Assembly (NCBI GenBank): GCA_949282345.1
Contig: CASDOQ010000025.1
Coordinates: 86,894 to 150,893, forward strand
Length of the DNA stretch: 64,000 bases
Direction of reading: 5' to 3'
Source of the DNA: an uncultured bacterium
Lineage (GTDB): Bacteria > Bacillota > Clostridia > Oscillospirales > CAG-272
This document shows, piece after piece, positions 43,785 to 54,587 of this stretch; position 1 is the first letter of the stretch; each line of letters starts with the position of its first letter. The position numbers were made by a program, and so were the translations under genes. The notes below the pieces were generated by a model. It was not told the origin of the DNA and made no database searches. It saw nothing but the letters and a program-made list of their open reading frames with translations.

Positions 43785-45506
43785 ATGAAAGAACTGAAAA
43801 AACGCGCGGCCGCTCTGATCCTGGACGCCGCAAAAAAGAACTTCTCCGCGGAACTTCCCTCCCCGGAAGAGATCGAATCCATGTTGGAATATCCGCCCGA
43901 CCCCGCGATGGGGGACATCGCATTCCCCTGTTTCCGTCTCTCACGCACGCTCCGTACCGCGCCACCCAAAATCGCGGCCACTTTGGCAGAGGGAGTCCAT
44001 GACGCCTCCTTTTCAAAAATCGAGGCCGTGGGGGGCTATCTGAATTTCTTTCTGGATTCCTCCGCCCTTGCCGGGCGGATCTGCTCCACCATTGCCGCCG
44101 AGGGCGATATGTACGGTTCTCCCCGCACGGGAAATGGAAAAACCGTCGTGCTTGACTATTCCTCCCCGAACGTGGCAAAGCCCTTCCACATCGGGCATCT
44201 CGGCACGACCGTCATCGGTCATTCGCTCAAGCTGTTGCATGAGTTTGCCGGTTACCATTGCGTCGGGATCAACTACCTCGGAGACTGGGGAACCCAGTTC
44301 GGCAAACTGATCGTGGCCTATCGGAAATGGGGAAGCCGCGAGGAAGTCGAAAGCCGTGAAATCGACGAGCTGGTGGCGCTCTATGTCCGTTTCCATGCCG
44401 AAGCCGAAAACGACCCCGCGCTGAATGAAGAAGCGCGGCGTGAATTTGCAAAACTGGAGGCCGGAGACGAAGAAAACCTTGCGCTGTGGCGTTGGTTCAA
44501 GGAGATCAGTCTCCGCGAATATCAAAAGACTTACCGGCTCCTCGGGATCAGCTTTGACAGTTATAATGGGGAAAGTTTCTATACCGACAAAATGCCCGCC
44601 CAGATAGAAAAGATGAAGCAGTTGAATCTGCTGACGCTGGATGACGGTGCCTCCGTGGTAAACCTCGAAGAATGGAAGATGCCGCCCTGCCTGATTCTCA
44701 AGCGTGACGGTTCGACTCTCTACCCCACCCGGGATATTGCCGCCGCGGTCTACCGCTACGACACGTACCGATTTGACAAGTGTATCTACGTGACCAGTGC
44801 CGGGCAGTCCCTGCACTTTGCCCAGTGGTTCAAGGTCGTGGAACTGATGGGATACCCGTGGTACGACCGGCTGGTACACGTCCCCTACGGGACCGTCAGC
44901 CTCGGCGGCGCCAAACTTGCCACCCGTACCGGGAACGTGGTGCTCCTGAAAGATCTCTTCCGGGAGGCGATCGATAAAGTACGCGAAATCTCCGCGGAAA
45001 AGAACACCGGAGCCGCCGGAAGCGAAGAGGTGGCCGAAGCCGTCGGCGTCGGCGCGATCATCTTCTATTATCTTTCCGGGAACCGGATGCACGACATCAA
45101 TTTTTCGCTTTCCGATGCGCTCTCATTCGACGGCGCGACCGGCCCCTATGCCCAGTATACCTACGCCCGTACCTGTTCCCTTCTTGAAAAGGCGGGTGGC
45201 GTTCCGGCGACCGACGGCATTGCCTTTGATCGCTCGTTGACCGAAGAGGAGCGCACGCTCAGCCGTGTGCTGGCGCTCTTCCCCGAGCGCGTCACAGAAG
45301 CGCTGGATACCTATGAGCCCTCTGTCATCACGCGCTATATTTTAGACCTTTGCACCGCCTTCAACCGTTTTTATCATGAATGTCAGATCCTCACCGCAGA
45401 ACAGGAAAGCATCCGCCGCGAACGCATTGCGCTGACCGCCGCGACCCATACCGTTCTTCGGCGCGCCCTGCATCTTATCTGCCTCAAAACCCCCGAAAAG
45501 ATTTGA
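43785..45506 (+). CDS. argS: arginine--tRNA ligase
   Basis: YSSPNVAKPFHIGH, YLGDWGTQFG, GPYAQYTYAR. Confidence 0.97.
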   Translation: MKELKKRAAALILDAAKKNFSAELPSPEEIESMLEYPPDPAMGDIAFPCFRLSRTLRTAPPKIAATLAEGVHDASFSKIEAVGGYLNFFLDSSALAGRICSTIAAEGDMYGSPRTGNGKTVVLDYSSPNVAKPFHIGHLGTTVIGHSLKLLHEFAGYHCVGINYLGDWGTQFGKLIVAYRKWGSREEVESREIDELVALYVRFHAEAENDPALNEEARREFAKLEAGDEENLALWRWFKEISLREYQKTYRLLGISFDSYNGESFYTDKMPAQIEKMKQLNLLTLDDGASVVNLEEWKMPPCLILKRDGSTLYPTRDIAAAVYRYDTYRFDKCIYVTSAGQSLHFAQWFKVVELMGYPWYDRLVHVPYGTVSLGGAKLATRTGNVVLLKDLFREAIDKVREISAEKNTGAAGSEEVAEAVGVGAIIFYYLSGNRMHDINFSLSDALSFDGATGPYAQYTYARTCSLLEKAGGVPATDGIAFDRSLTEEERTLSRVLALFPERVTEALDTYEPSVITRYILDLCTAFNRFYHECQILTAEQESIRRERIALTAATHTVLRRALHLICLKTPEKI

Positions 45507-45527
45507 TTGATAAGGAGTATACAGATC

Positions 45528-46253
45528 ATGTCCGGACATAGCAAGTGGAACAACATCAAGCGTAAAAAAGAAAAGACCGATGCGCAGAAGGGAAAGATAT
45601 TCACAAAGATCGGGAAAGAAATGGCCGTTGCGATCCGTGAAGGTGGTGCAAACCCCGCCACGAACAGCAAACTGCGCGAGTTGATCGCCAAAGCGAAGGC
45701 CAATAACGTACCGAACGATAATATTGAACGCTGCATCAAGAAGTTCTCGGCTGACAGCAATATTAACTACGAAGAGATCACCTACGAGGGCTACGGCCCC
45801 GGCGGAGTTGCCGTGATCGTGGAGGCGGCCACCGATAACCGCAACCGCACGGCGGGGGCTGTCCGCTCCTACTTTGCCAAATTCCACGGGAATATGGGAC
45901 AGACCGGAAGCGTCAGTTTCCTCTTTGAAGAAAAGGGCCTGATCACGATCATTGATGAAGAGGACGAGATCGATGAGGACGAACTGATGGAAGCCGCGCT
46001 GGAAGCCGGCGCCTCGGACTTCCAGGGCGACGAAGGATGCTATGAGATCTACACGGAAAAGGACGATCTTTTTGCCGTGCGTGACGCGCTGACTGCGAAA
46101 GGCTATCAGCCCGAATCGGCCGATCGAGCCATGGTTCCCTCCTCCTATGTCACGCTCAGCGATGAAGAAGACATCAAAATGATGGAACTTCTCCTCGAAC
46201 GTCTGGACGACGATGACGACGTGCTGAACGTCTTCCACAACTGGGAAAACTAA
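45528..46253 (+). CDS. yebC: YebC/PmpR family protein
   Basis: MSGHSKWNNIK, YEGYGPGG, TDNRNRT. Confidence 0.94.
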   Translation: MSGHSKWNNIKRKKEKTDAQKGKIFTKIGKEMAVAIREGGANPATNSKLRELIAKAKANNVPNDNIERCIKKFSADSNINYEEITYEGYGPGGVAVIVEAATDNRNRTAGAVRSYFAKFHGNMGQTGSVSFLFEEKGLITIIDEEDEIDEDELMEAALEAGASDFQGDEGCYEIYTEKDDLFAVRDALTAKGYQPESADRAMVPSSYVTLSDEEDIKMMELLLERLDDDDDVLNVFHNWEN

Positions 46254-46397
46254 GCGTTTTGATAATAAAAATCCCCCGTAATCAACGGGGGGATATTGAA
46301 GCATATCGGTACCGTGCGCCGCGGGCGCAATCTCGCCCCCGGGGGATCGGGTGGCAAATTCCCTTATATGAAAAAAGACGCCGATCGGCGTCTTTTT

Positions 46398-46628
46398 TCA
46401 TTCTACGATGAACGGCTTGATTTTTTCAAACAGTTCAGGATCATCCTTATGGGCGATCAATTCGATCGGCTTCAACAGATCAAGACTGAAGATCCCCATA
46501 ATGGACTTGGCATCCACCACATAACGGCCGGACGAAAGGTCGACATCGGTCTTTGCAGAACTGACAATATCAACAAAATTCCGTACATCCATGATAGTGG
46601 AAAGGCGGATCATGCACTTTTTCATCAT
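46398..46628 (-). CDS. HPr-family protein lacking His15
   Basis: VDAKSIMG (Ser46 motif); no GLHARP. Confidence 0.85.
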   Translation of the reverse strand: MMKKCMIRLSTIMDVRNFVDIVSSAKTDVDLSSGRYVVDAKSIMGIFSLDLLKPIELIAHKDDPELFEKIKPFIVE

Positions 46629-46865
46629 TCGTCTCCTTCACAATTTACTGCTTATACAGGAGAAAGTCTCCGCACGAACGCGCATAATACCAACGACAAG
46701 ATGCGTTTTCTCGCCCCAAAGACGGCCAGCCTCGTACAGATAACGCCGTTTTCCTGCATTCCATTAGTTATTATATCAGTATCGCGCGGCTTTGTCAAGC
46801 CGAATCCTGTCACTTATAAAATTTCACGTTCAACAGAATAGAAAATTCCGCGAAAAGCCGCCGAA

Positions 46866-47428
46866 ATCGAGTAGGTAGAAATCAATCCACCTCTCACACC
46901 ACCGTACGTGCCGTTCGGCATACGGCGGTTCGGTTCTCTATCTCGTATTACTTCAACGCTTCTGCTCTTTGTTATCTAACCTAAGACTTCCCGCATTTTG
47001 CCTCATATACGTTTCGGCTACTTTGCGTATCGGTTCTGAGCAGAACATCTTTTATATGCGATTTTGAACCGTTCAGCCCTTCCCAAGTTTTTCCCTTGGT
47101 ACTATGGCTTCTGCTGACTTCTTACCGTTCGTTGTTACTACGAATTTCTCCGTCGGCAAGACCTCACGGGATAAACCAATACTCTTTCCTCGTCTACCTG
47201 CTCGGTCTACACAATAGGGTTACGGTTACCTTTTGGACTTCGTTGCTTTTGGCCAACTTATCCGCCTATTACGCCTTTGTACCGAGTTTCTGTTCGTCAG
47301 GCTACGATTTCGCTATCCCTTCTTCTCGCCTACACCTCACGATGCAAACCTTGGGAGTCGCTTTCGGGTTGGTCGGTAACTACCGCCCAGTGGACTTTCA
47401 CCACAGAGCATTGATATGCCCGTCATAC
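46866..47428 (-). mobile_element. ORF-less group IIC intron
   Basis: Minus strand: 5' GTATGACGGGC; DII/DIII AAGTCAGCAGAAGCCATAGT...GGAAGGGCTGAAC; DV GAACCGCCGTATGCCGAACGGCACGTACGGTGGTGTGAGAGG; 3' CTACTCGAT; follows a terminator. Confidence 0.88.
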
Positions 47429-47430
47429 CG

Positions 47431-47467
47431 AAAAATCTCCCCCTGCTATGCGGCAGGGGGAGATAAA
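47431..47467 (-). terminator. intrinsic terminator (intron target hairpin)
   Basis: ATCTCCCCCTGC..GCAGGGGGAGAT followed by a T-run on the minus strand. Confidence 0.8.
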
Positions 47468-47586
47468 GATTATCGTATCTTTTTAAAAATTTTTGTTATC
47501 TTACTTTTTTAAATTTGTCTTTTTGAGCTGTCTGTTAATGCCGAGCGCATCAAAAGCTTGTGCCAAGACAGCTCGCTGTATATTTT

Positions 47587-50454
47587 TTACATAGAGCGTA
47601 TGCTCTCGACCGGTTTTTTCCTTGATGCCTTGAATACGGGCAGGAATGTGGAAATCAGCGCAGAAACCACTGCAATTATAATTATCATTGCTATGGATAC
47701 AAAACCGAATACAAAGAAGGATATCTGCATGCCCAGATTCTTAGCGAGTATGCCGTTTATATACGACGAGAGTAATGCGGTAAGTATTATTGAAATAACC
47801 GAGCATATTCCGACTATTATTGCCGACTCGGAGAAGAAGATCTTGAATACATCAGAGCCTCTCGCTCCAACCGCACGCAATATACCGATTTCCTTTTTCT
47901 TATAGGATATGGATACAGTGATGAAGTTGAACAGCAACAGCATCGCAAATGCCGCCATTACAACGCCAACCCACAGGAATATCTTTGACAGAGATGCCGC
48001 AAGTTCCGTATACATGCTTATCTGGTCATAGAGCGAGTTTGAATACTCATATGTGCTCTCGCTGTCCGGAGTAGTTTTAAAGTTCATAAGTTCGGTATAC
48101 TCCTCCTGCGTAAAGCCGCCTGTCATGACATAAGCTCTTGCATAAAGAGTTCCGTCCATATCCTTGGGCGCAAAGTCGGTATACTGCTCTGTGTAGTAAC
48201 CGTTTGCGACGGACGCCGTCTTGAATGTCTTCATTAAATCGCTTGAGAGCGTCACGAGGTGCATCTGCCTTACATCAGGCATAAAACCTAAAACATTTAC
48301 GGTAGTTGTCGCACTGTCTATTGTCATTTCCATAGTCGGCACAAAGTCGGGGATATTTTCATAGACAAAGTTAAGCACCTTCCGGACGAGCTCTGTTACC
48401 TCCTCGGAGGAGAGCGAGTAGCCTGACCTCAAATTATCAAGCGCCATATTGATTCCCTTCTCGTTCATCTGTTCAGCCATGGTTCCGTCATCGTTTGCCG
48501 ACATGTAATCGTACAGATATCTGTACAGGTATTCTGCGTATGCGGAATACGGAAGTATCACTGAATTTGCAGCACCGTTAAACTGCTCCACCGTGCCGTT
48601 GTTGCTGACATATGTAATTGTGCCCCTCGGATTGTTTATCTCGGATGTGGAAAAATACTCGGTAAAATCTATATTTGCTCCGACACATACATTCCTCGGC
48701 GACTCATAATAAGCTGCCCCGTACATATCTTTTATACTCTCAAATCCCGCTTCCGTCACACAGATATAATTGATGAAGGATGAGCCGTAGCGCAATTCGT
48801 TTGACCATTCCATTGCAACTCTCTCGTCCGATTTTTGCTTTAAAGCCAGATATTTGTCGGAAATTTTCTGGTTTTTGAATACTCCGACTACATCGTAGTA
48901 TTTATCTGCAAGTCTAATTTTGACATTGTCGAGATTGTCACCGCTTATAGATATTACATTGCCGTCACTATCAGTCAATGTACCCGCCTTGATGCTCTCC
49001 CACATAAACTCTGAAATCGCAACCTCGTTTTCTGAGGCAGGCTCTTTACCTATTACATACTGCAAGTGCTTGCTCGGCGCAACAACACCTTTGAAATCCG
49101 TGGAATAGAACGACTGAACAGATGAGTATGTAAGATTGCCTATTTTTGCATTTCCGAGATTATCCGCATAAACGGGGATAATATTGTACTTCTCACCGAG
49201 TTTTGCAATATCATTTCTTGTCAGGAAAGTGGAATTTGTATAAGTCGACTCATATTTACCGTCTGAATAATGTGATATGTTATGCAAGTAGTAGTTCTTT
49301 GACACCAGGAAGAATTCCTCTTTGGCATCGTACAGACTCTGGCTGTTTACCTGCTGTGCGTCATAAAACATCAGGCAGGAGAACATGCCGAAGAGCACAA
49401 ACGCAATTACCGACAAAAGCACTGTAAATGTAAAACGCACGGGTTTTACCTTTATACTGCTTGCGCCCATCTTTACGGCATGGCGCATGGGCAGGCGCGA
49501 GCGGATAAATTTGCTGTCCTCTTTTGAATATGCCTTCTGCACGGGCTGTTTCCCGAGCTTTTCAAAGTAATCCTTTGAGTTGTCGTCGTTTATCTTGCCT
49601 GCTTTTTTGAAGTCCTGAATATTGTCACGGTCCTTTGATATAAGCACATCACCGTCGCATTCGGAAATGAACCTGTTGATGTCTGATATATCCGAGTTGC
49701 TCAGCCGTGCTCCCTTTTTTATAATAAGCGTGTTACTGCCTACTATCGCTATGTTTTCGTCCTTTTGCTCCGCGGGCTTTGTCGACTTTACTACATCGCT
49801 TATAACCTTTCCGTCCTTAAGCTCAATAATTCTGTCGCCATACTCCTCCGCAAACTCCCTGTCGTGGGATACAACAATAACGAGTTTGTCTTTTGAGAGC
49901 TTTTTGAGGGTGTCGAACACCTGCTTTCCGGTTCTGGAGTCAAGAGCTCCCGTAGGTTCGTCCGCCATAATAATTTCGGGATTTTTAATCAGGGCGCGGG
50001 CAATTGCAACACGCTGTTTCTGACCGCCCGAGAGTGTGTTGGGCTTGCGCTTTGCATATTCTTCAAGATCCACATCAGAAAGCAGCTTTTTGATTGTGGC
50101 GCTGTCCTTGGGCTTGCCCTGCAGCTCTAATGCGAGAGCAATATTATCCTCAACAGAAAATTCACTGAGAATATTGTACTCCTGGAAAACAAATCCGATA
50201 AAGGTATTTCTGTAGCTGTCAAAATCGCTCGGAGTAAAATCCTTGCTTGACTTACCCTTTACGATTATTTCACCGCCGTCGGGAGCGTCGAGTCCGCCGC
50301 ACATATTAAGCAGAGTTGATTTACCGCTTCCGCTCTTTCCGAGCAGGAAAACCATTCCACGGTCTTCAAAAGACAAGCTGACGCCGTCCAAAGCCTTGAC
50401 CTCATGGCCTCCCTTGGTCTTGTAAAGTTTTGTCAGATTTTTTACTTCTAACAT
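47587..50454 (-). CDS. MacB-like fused ABC ATPase/FtsX-type permease
   Basis: [26 protein letters not shown]; C-terminal KKEIGILRAVGA permease. Confidence 0.9.
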   Translation of the reverse strand: MLEVKNLTKLYKTKGGHEVKALDGVSLSFEDRGMVFLLGKSGSGKSTLLNMCGGLDAPDGGEIIVKGKSSKDFTPSDFDSYRNTFIGFVFQEYNILSEFSVEDNIALALELQGKPKDSATIKKLLSDVDLEEYAKRKPNTLSGGQKQRVAIARALIKNPEIIMADEPTGALDSRTGKQVFDTLKKLSKDKLVIVVSHDREFAEEYGDRIIELKDGKVISDVVKSTKPAEQKDENIAIVGSNTLIIKKGARLSNSDISDINRFISECDGDVLISKDRDNIQDFKKAGKINDDNSKDYFEKLGKQPVQKAYSKEDSKFIRSRLPMRHAVKMGASSIKVKPVRFTFTVLLSVIAFVLFGMFSCLMFYDAQQVNSQSLYDAKEEFFLVSKNYYLHNISHYSDGKYESTYTNSTFLTRNDIAKLGEKYNIIPVYADNLGNAKIGNLTYSSVQSFYSTDFKGVVAPSKHLQYVIGKEPASENEVAISEFMWESIKAGTLTDSDGNVISISGDNLDNVKIRLADKYYDVVGVFKNQKISDKYLALKQKSDERVAMEWSNELRYGSSFINYICVTEAGFESIKDMYGAAYYESPRNVCVGANIDFTEYFSTSEINNPRGTITYVSNNGTVEQFNGAANSVILPYSAYAEYLYRYLYDYMSANDDGTMAEQMNEKGINMALDNLRSGYSLSSEEVTELVRKVLNFVYENIPDFVPTMEMTIDSATTTVNVLGFMPDVRQMHLVTLSSDLMKTFKTASVANGYYTEQYTDFAPKDMDGTLYARAYVMTGGFTQEEYTELMNFKTTPDSESTYEYSNSLYDQISMYTELAASLSKIFLWVGVVMAAFAMLLLFNFITVSISYKKKEIGILRAVGARGSDVFKIFFSESAIIVGICSVISIILTALLSSYINGILAKNLGMQISFFVFGFVSIAMIIIIAVVSALISTFLPVFKASRKKPVESIRSM

Positions 50455-50705
50455 CCTTTCCCTCCTTTTGTGCCGAAGCACTTTATTTATTTATAATCGG
50501 ATATTAATTTTTACCGTCACTGCCGTATAATAATTGCTCGCGTACCGGAAAATCAACGAGCGGCAATAAATCGGATAAATACGGAAAATATAAAGCGCAG
50601 CGGTAAACTCAATGTGTGCCGCTGCTGCTTAAAATGTATGATATCCGAAAATCTTAAACTTACAGTGCCGTAGGGTTTTATGTATGATTTTAAAAAGTTA
50701 CGCGC

Positions 50706-51470
50706 TCATTTAGTCTTAATTTTCTTGCTTAGCTCTCTTTGAGCTTTGACTCTGCTCTTTATGCGCAGAAGAGAGTCGCTGTACCTTGCCGACTTCATGG
50801 TCGGGAATGCAAGAATGATTCTCCTGCCGAATTTAGCTGCTTTTTCAGTCAGCTCGTCATACTTCTCTGTGGCAATAAGGGCACCCGTGTAAATTTTTTC
50901 GCCGAGATTGTTGCTGCCCGCACGGAGTTTTCGGCTGACGCTCTCAAGCAGTTTAAGTCTTTTTGTAAATCCGATAAGGACTATCAGCGTGCTGATAAGA
51001 TCCGCAAGAGTCAAAACAGAAAATGTTATCACAACAGCCATATTCCAACCGAAACTCAAAAGTCGGCTGAGTTTCTCAATAGGCTCAAATGCAAAGTGCA
51101 CAATCAGTGCGCACAGCGCGCCCCAGAGCAGGCAAAACTCAAGGCAGATATATCCGCAAAGGTTAAACCTTCTGTCCGAATAGTCCCACCACTTATTTGA
51201 AAAAAGCTTGTCCAGCACAAATCCGACGGCAAACTCAAGCGCACCGCACAGGAGTGTTGACATCACAAACAAAAGGAGCATGTTCTCCCTGAAAGGAGAG
51301 AGCAGGAGATAAACCAGCACCATACCGGCGCCGTATATCGGGCATAGCGGACCATTCAGAAATCCTCGGTTTATAAATCTGCGGTGCTTTACGGTAGAAT
51401 AAGAGACCTCCGCCACCCAGCCGAGAAATGAAAATATCATGAATATCCACGCAACTGTAAAAAAGTCCAT
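50706..51470 (-). CDS. putative ABC transporter permease (CmpB-like membrane protein)
   Basis: FINRGFLNGPLCPIYGAG, WWDYSD. Confidence 0.85.
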   Translation of the reverse strand: MDFFTVAWIFMIFSFLGWVAEVSYSTVKHRRFINRGFLNGPLCPIYGAGMVLVYLLLSPFRENMLLLFVMSTLLCGALEFAVGFVLDKLFSNKWWDYSDRRFNLCGYICLEFCLLWGALCALIVHFAFEPIEKLSRLLSFGWNMAVVITFSVLTLADLISTLIVLIGFTKRLKLLESVSRKLRAGSNNLGEKIYTGALIATEKYDELTEKAAKFGRRIILAFPTMKSARYSDSLLRIKSRVKAQRELSKKIKTK

Positions 51471-51632
51471 AACACACCTCTATAATTAAATGACTTAACC
51501 GTTGCACAGCACAATAATACATGAAAATTGTGTACAGAGTAATAACAATATATTAAAGTTTAAAAAAACTTCTGCCCTTTACTCCGAAAGAAGTGATGAA
51601 TAAGAGCCGTCAAGAGCGCCCAAAGAGCAAAC

Positions 51633-52319
51633 TCAAAGTTCGGTTTCCTCGTACGGCGTCAGTATAAGAGCGTTTTCAAAATCAAAATCCGCAGGGTCAA
51701 TACTGTCAAAAAGACCGTAGTGAAGGGGGACTGCGCGCTTTGCGCCGACCTCATATGCAAAATCCGCCGCATCCTTGGCGTTCATATTGTTTCCGACGCC
51801 GTTAATCGGCAGAAAAGCATAGTCAACCTCCTCGTCAAGGTCTTTTACATCGTCTATCACATCGAAGTTATAAAGGGTGTCGCCGCTGACATAAAAGGTC
51901 TCTTTGCCGTCGTCAATAATATATCCTGCGGCAGTCCTGTCCGAATGCTCTGCATGTACACCGTAGAAATTAATGCCCCGCTCGCTCCAGACGGAATGCG
52001 GACCGAGAAGCACATAGTTATGCGGTCCGCCGAGCTTTAAAAGCTCAAGGTATGCCCCCTCGGGCGCAAGGAATGTAATCGGGCGCTTTGCATTTGAGAG
52101 TATGCGCCGAAGAGTCGGGATATTAAGATGATCCTCATGCGCATGGGTGATGATAATAACATCCACACTCACACAAAAGAATGTCTCGTCGACGGGAATA
52201 CGCCGTCTCTTGTCCGGCTCTCTTTCTCCGACAGAGTCTGTAAGATACGGATCCACCATTATACTGATATTTTCGTTTTTAAAAAGCAGTCCCGCTTGAG
52301 TAAGCCATGTAACAGTCAT
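51633..52319 (-). CDS. MBL-fold metallo-hydrolase (UlaG-like)
   Basis: DPYL, THAHEDH, SGDT, PLHYG. Confidence 0.85.
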   Translation of the reverse strand: MTVTWLTQAGLLFKNENISIMVDPYLTDSVGEREPDKRRRIPVDETFFCVSVDVIIITHAHEDHLNIPTLRRILSNAKRPITFLAPEGAYLELLKLGGPHNYVLLGPHSVWSERGINFYGVHAEHSDRTAAGYIIDDGKETFYVSGDTLYNFDVIDDVKDLDEEVDYAFLPINGVGNNMNAKDAADFAYEVGAKRAVPLHYGLFDSIDPADFDFENALILTPYEETEL

Positions 52320-52346
52320 ATTAACCCCCCGAAAGTAAATAATAGT

Positions 52347-52844
52347 TTACATATAATAAAAAATGAATATGCCTATCAGGACACTGACGACGCCTATAAT
52401 TGCGCCGCACAGACAGTCTCTGAAAAAGTGTATGCCGAGCAAAACTCTGCACGCCCACATACATAACCCCACAATATACAGACACACCGAAAGCGGCACG
52501 GAATACACCGCCGCCAGCGTGGCAACCGCAAACGCCGAGAACACATGCCGGCTCGGAAATGAACCGCCCTCCCTGTCCTTGGGTTTTATTTCGTAAAAGC
52601 CGTATATTTCATACGGCCGGCTCGTCTTAATCTTCGCCCGCATAAGGCTGACAATCAAAAACGGAAGAAATGTTATAAAAGCCGCGCCGATAAGCTCTTT
52701 ATACGAATTGCGTGCCGCGGTATACAAGAGATACATATATGCCGCAATATGGATAACTACACACCCGTGCGATGTTATCTTCAGGGCTTTTGTCAGTTTT
52801 TTGTTATCGTATATCTTCTTTAAAAGCTGCTGCATAATCTTCAC
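52347..52844 (-). CDS. PAP2-family membrane phosphatase
   Basis: RP, SFPSRH, RVLLGIHF. Confidence 0.85.
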   Translation of the reverse strand: MKIMQQLLKKIYDNKKLTKALKITSHGCVVIHIAAYMYLLYTAARNSYKELIGAAFITFLPFLIVSLMRAKIKTSRPYEIYGFYEIKPKDREGGSFPSRHVFSAFAVATLAAVYSVPLSVCLYIVGLCMWACRVLLGIHFFRDCLCGAIIGVVSVLIGIFIFYYM

Positions 52845-53194
52845 TGCACCTCAGACGTTGCGACAACCTTCACTCCCGTGCCCGCAACATCCTCAATAAG
52901 AACATCTCCGATTTTTACATCTCTTGTTATCCTGGTTCTGTTTATCTCGTCCATAACCTTAAAGACATCCTCTTTCGGCACGGTGCCGTATGTTTTGACG
53001 GCGACAATTCCGCTCTCTGTCTTCATCGTTGTGGTGACCGTCCTTCTCGGATGGGTGCACTCTGTGATGGCATATTCCTCTCCCCTTTTACAGGTATACC
53101 CCAAAACCTCTTTTATTTTTCCCTCACCGTCAAACAAAACCTTGATCTGACAGCCCTTGGGACAAACTATACATGTAAGATTTCTCTCTTTCAT
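52841..53194 (-). CDS. DUF1667 CxxC protein
   Basis: CIVCPKGC, TCKRG. Confidence 0.87.
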   Translation of the reverse strand: MKERNLTCIVCPKGCQIKVLFDGEGKIKEVLGYTCKRGEEYAITECTHPRRTVTTTMKTESGIVAVKTYGTVPKEDVFKVMDEINRTRITRDVKIGDVLIEDVAGTGVKVVATSEVQ

Positions 53195-53206
53195 AAATAC
53201 CCCCGA

Positions 53207-54460
53207 TTATGCTTCAAGTGAGACGGTTATCTCACCGTTTTTTATCTCCCGTATCACATCGGCGCTTATCGTCACCGTCTCCATCTCGCCGGGTGCAAGC
53301 TTCTGCTTTTTCTTTGAGAGTATAACTCTGTCGGCAGATTTTACCGTGAGCCTTACATCACGGAAAATATCGCTCACTCTGAAATAAAGTGTTGTGTCCT
53401 TTATCTCGGTGAGTTTTCTCGGCACGGTGTAGCGCACCTTGCCGTCGGTTCTGATGTTGATATCCGCTTCCCCCTTAGCCTGTCCCCTGATAAAGTCAAC
53501 AGCGCCACAGGCGCAAATCTCTGCCTCCTCCGACACATAGTCGACAAGGTCATGAACGTGAAGAACGTTTCCGCATGCAAAAATACCCTTTACATCCGTC
53601 TCACGGCTTCCGTCAACCACGGCGCCGTTTGTCACACGGTCAATAGTGATACCCGCACTCCGTGTAAGTTCATTTTCAGGAATCAGTCCGCAGGAGAGTA
53701 GTAGCGTGTCACATTCTATAAATCTCGCAGTATCCATGATCGGACGGCGGTTTTCGTCAACCTTGGCAATCGTCACACCCGTAACTCTCTCCTTGCCGTG
53801 AATCTCTATCACCGTATGTGAGAGAAAAAGAGGTATATCAAAGTCATTGAGGCACTGCTCAATATTTCTCGCAAGGCCGCCCGAATACGGCATAAGCTCG
53901 CACACGCACTCAACCTTTGCACCCTCAAGCGTCATTCTCCTTGCCATTATAAGTCCGATATCTCCCGAGCCGAGGATTACCACCCTTTTGCCGGGCATAT
54001 ACCCTTTCATGTTGACATATTTCTGCGCCGTGCCTGCGGTATAAACTCCGCTCGGACGGGTACCGGCAATATTCAGCGCACCCTTCGGCCTCTCACGGCA
54101 TCCCATGGCGAGGATTATTGCACCCGCTTCTATCTCAAAAATGCCCTCTTTGCAGTTCTGCGCCGTCAGGATACGGTTCTTGTCAATACCCGTAACCATA
54201 GTCTCAAGCATATAAGGAATTTTATATTCAAGCACCTTTTCTATATAGCGGTGGGCATATTCGGGGCCCGTCAGCTCCTCGCCGAAGCGGTGCAGCCCGA
54301 ATCCGTTGTGTATACACTGCCTGAGAATGCCGCCAAGAGCATTGTCCCTCTCAAGAATCAGAATATCACGCAGTCCCCTCTCGTATGCCGCTACCGCGGC
54401 GGACATGCCGGCAGGGCCGCCGCCCACAATCACAAGTTCCTTTTTTATTCTCTTTATCAT
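53207..54460 (-). CDS. NAD(P)/FAD-dependent oxidoreductase
   Basis: GGGPAG, QCIHNGFG, GSGDIG, CGNVLHVHD. Confidence 0.9.
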   Translation of the reverse strand: MIKRIKKELVIVGGGPAGMSAAVAAYERGLRDILILERDNALGGILRQCIHNGFGLHRFGEELTGPEYAHRYIEKVLEYKIPYMLETMVTGIDKNRILTAQNCKEGIFEIEAGAIILAMGCRERPKGALNIAGTRPSGVYTAGTAQKYVNMKGYMPGKRVVILGSGDIGLIMARRMTLEGAKVECVCELMPYSGGLARNIEQCLNDFDIPLFLSHTVIEIHGKERVTGVTIAKVDENRRPIMDTARFIECDTLLLSCGLIPENELTRSAGITIDRVTNGAVVDGSRETDVKGIFACGNVLHVHDLVDYVSEEAEICACGAVDFIRGQAKGEADINIRTDGKVRYTVPRKLTEIKDTTLYFRVSDIFRDVRLTVKSADRVILSKKKQKLAPGEMETVTISADVIREIKNGEITVSLEA

Positions 54461-54587
54461 AATAACACTCGCCTTCGTTTGTTGTTGGTAATTCTCGCTC
54501 AGAGTTTTCTAATATGAGTTAAAAACACGGCACGGGTGCGGCTGTCTCTCTATGTAAAGCCGCCCTTACTGCGTTTTAAAAGAAAAA

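Noticed and set aside
47096-47512. 138-aa ORF inside the intron
   Set aside because: Antisense to the intron RNA and has no RT (YADD) motif
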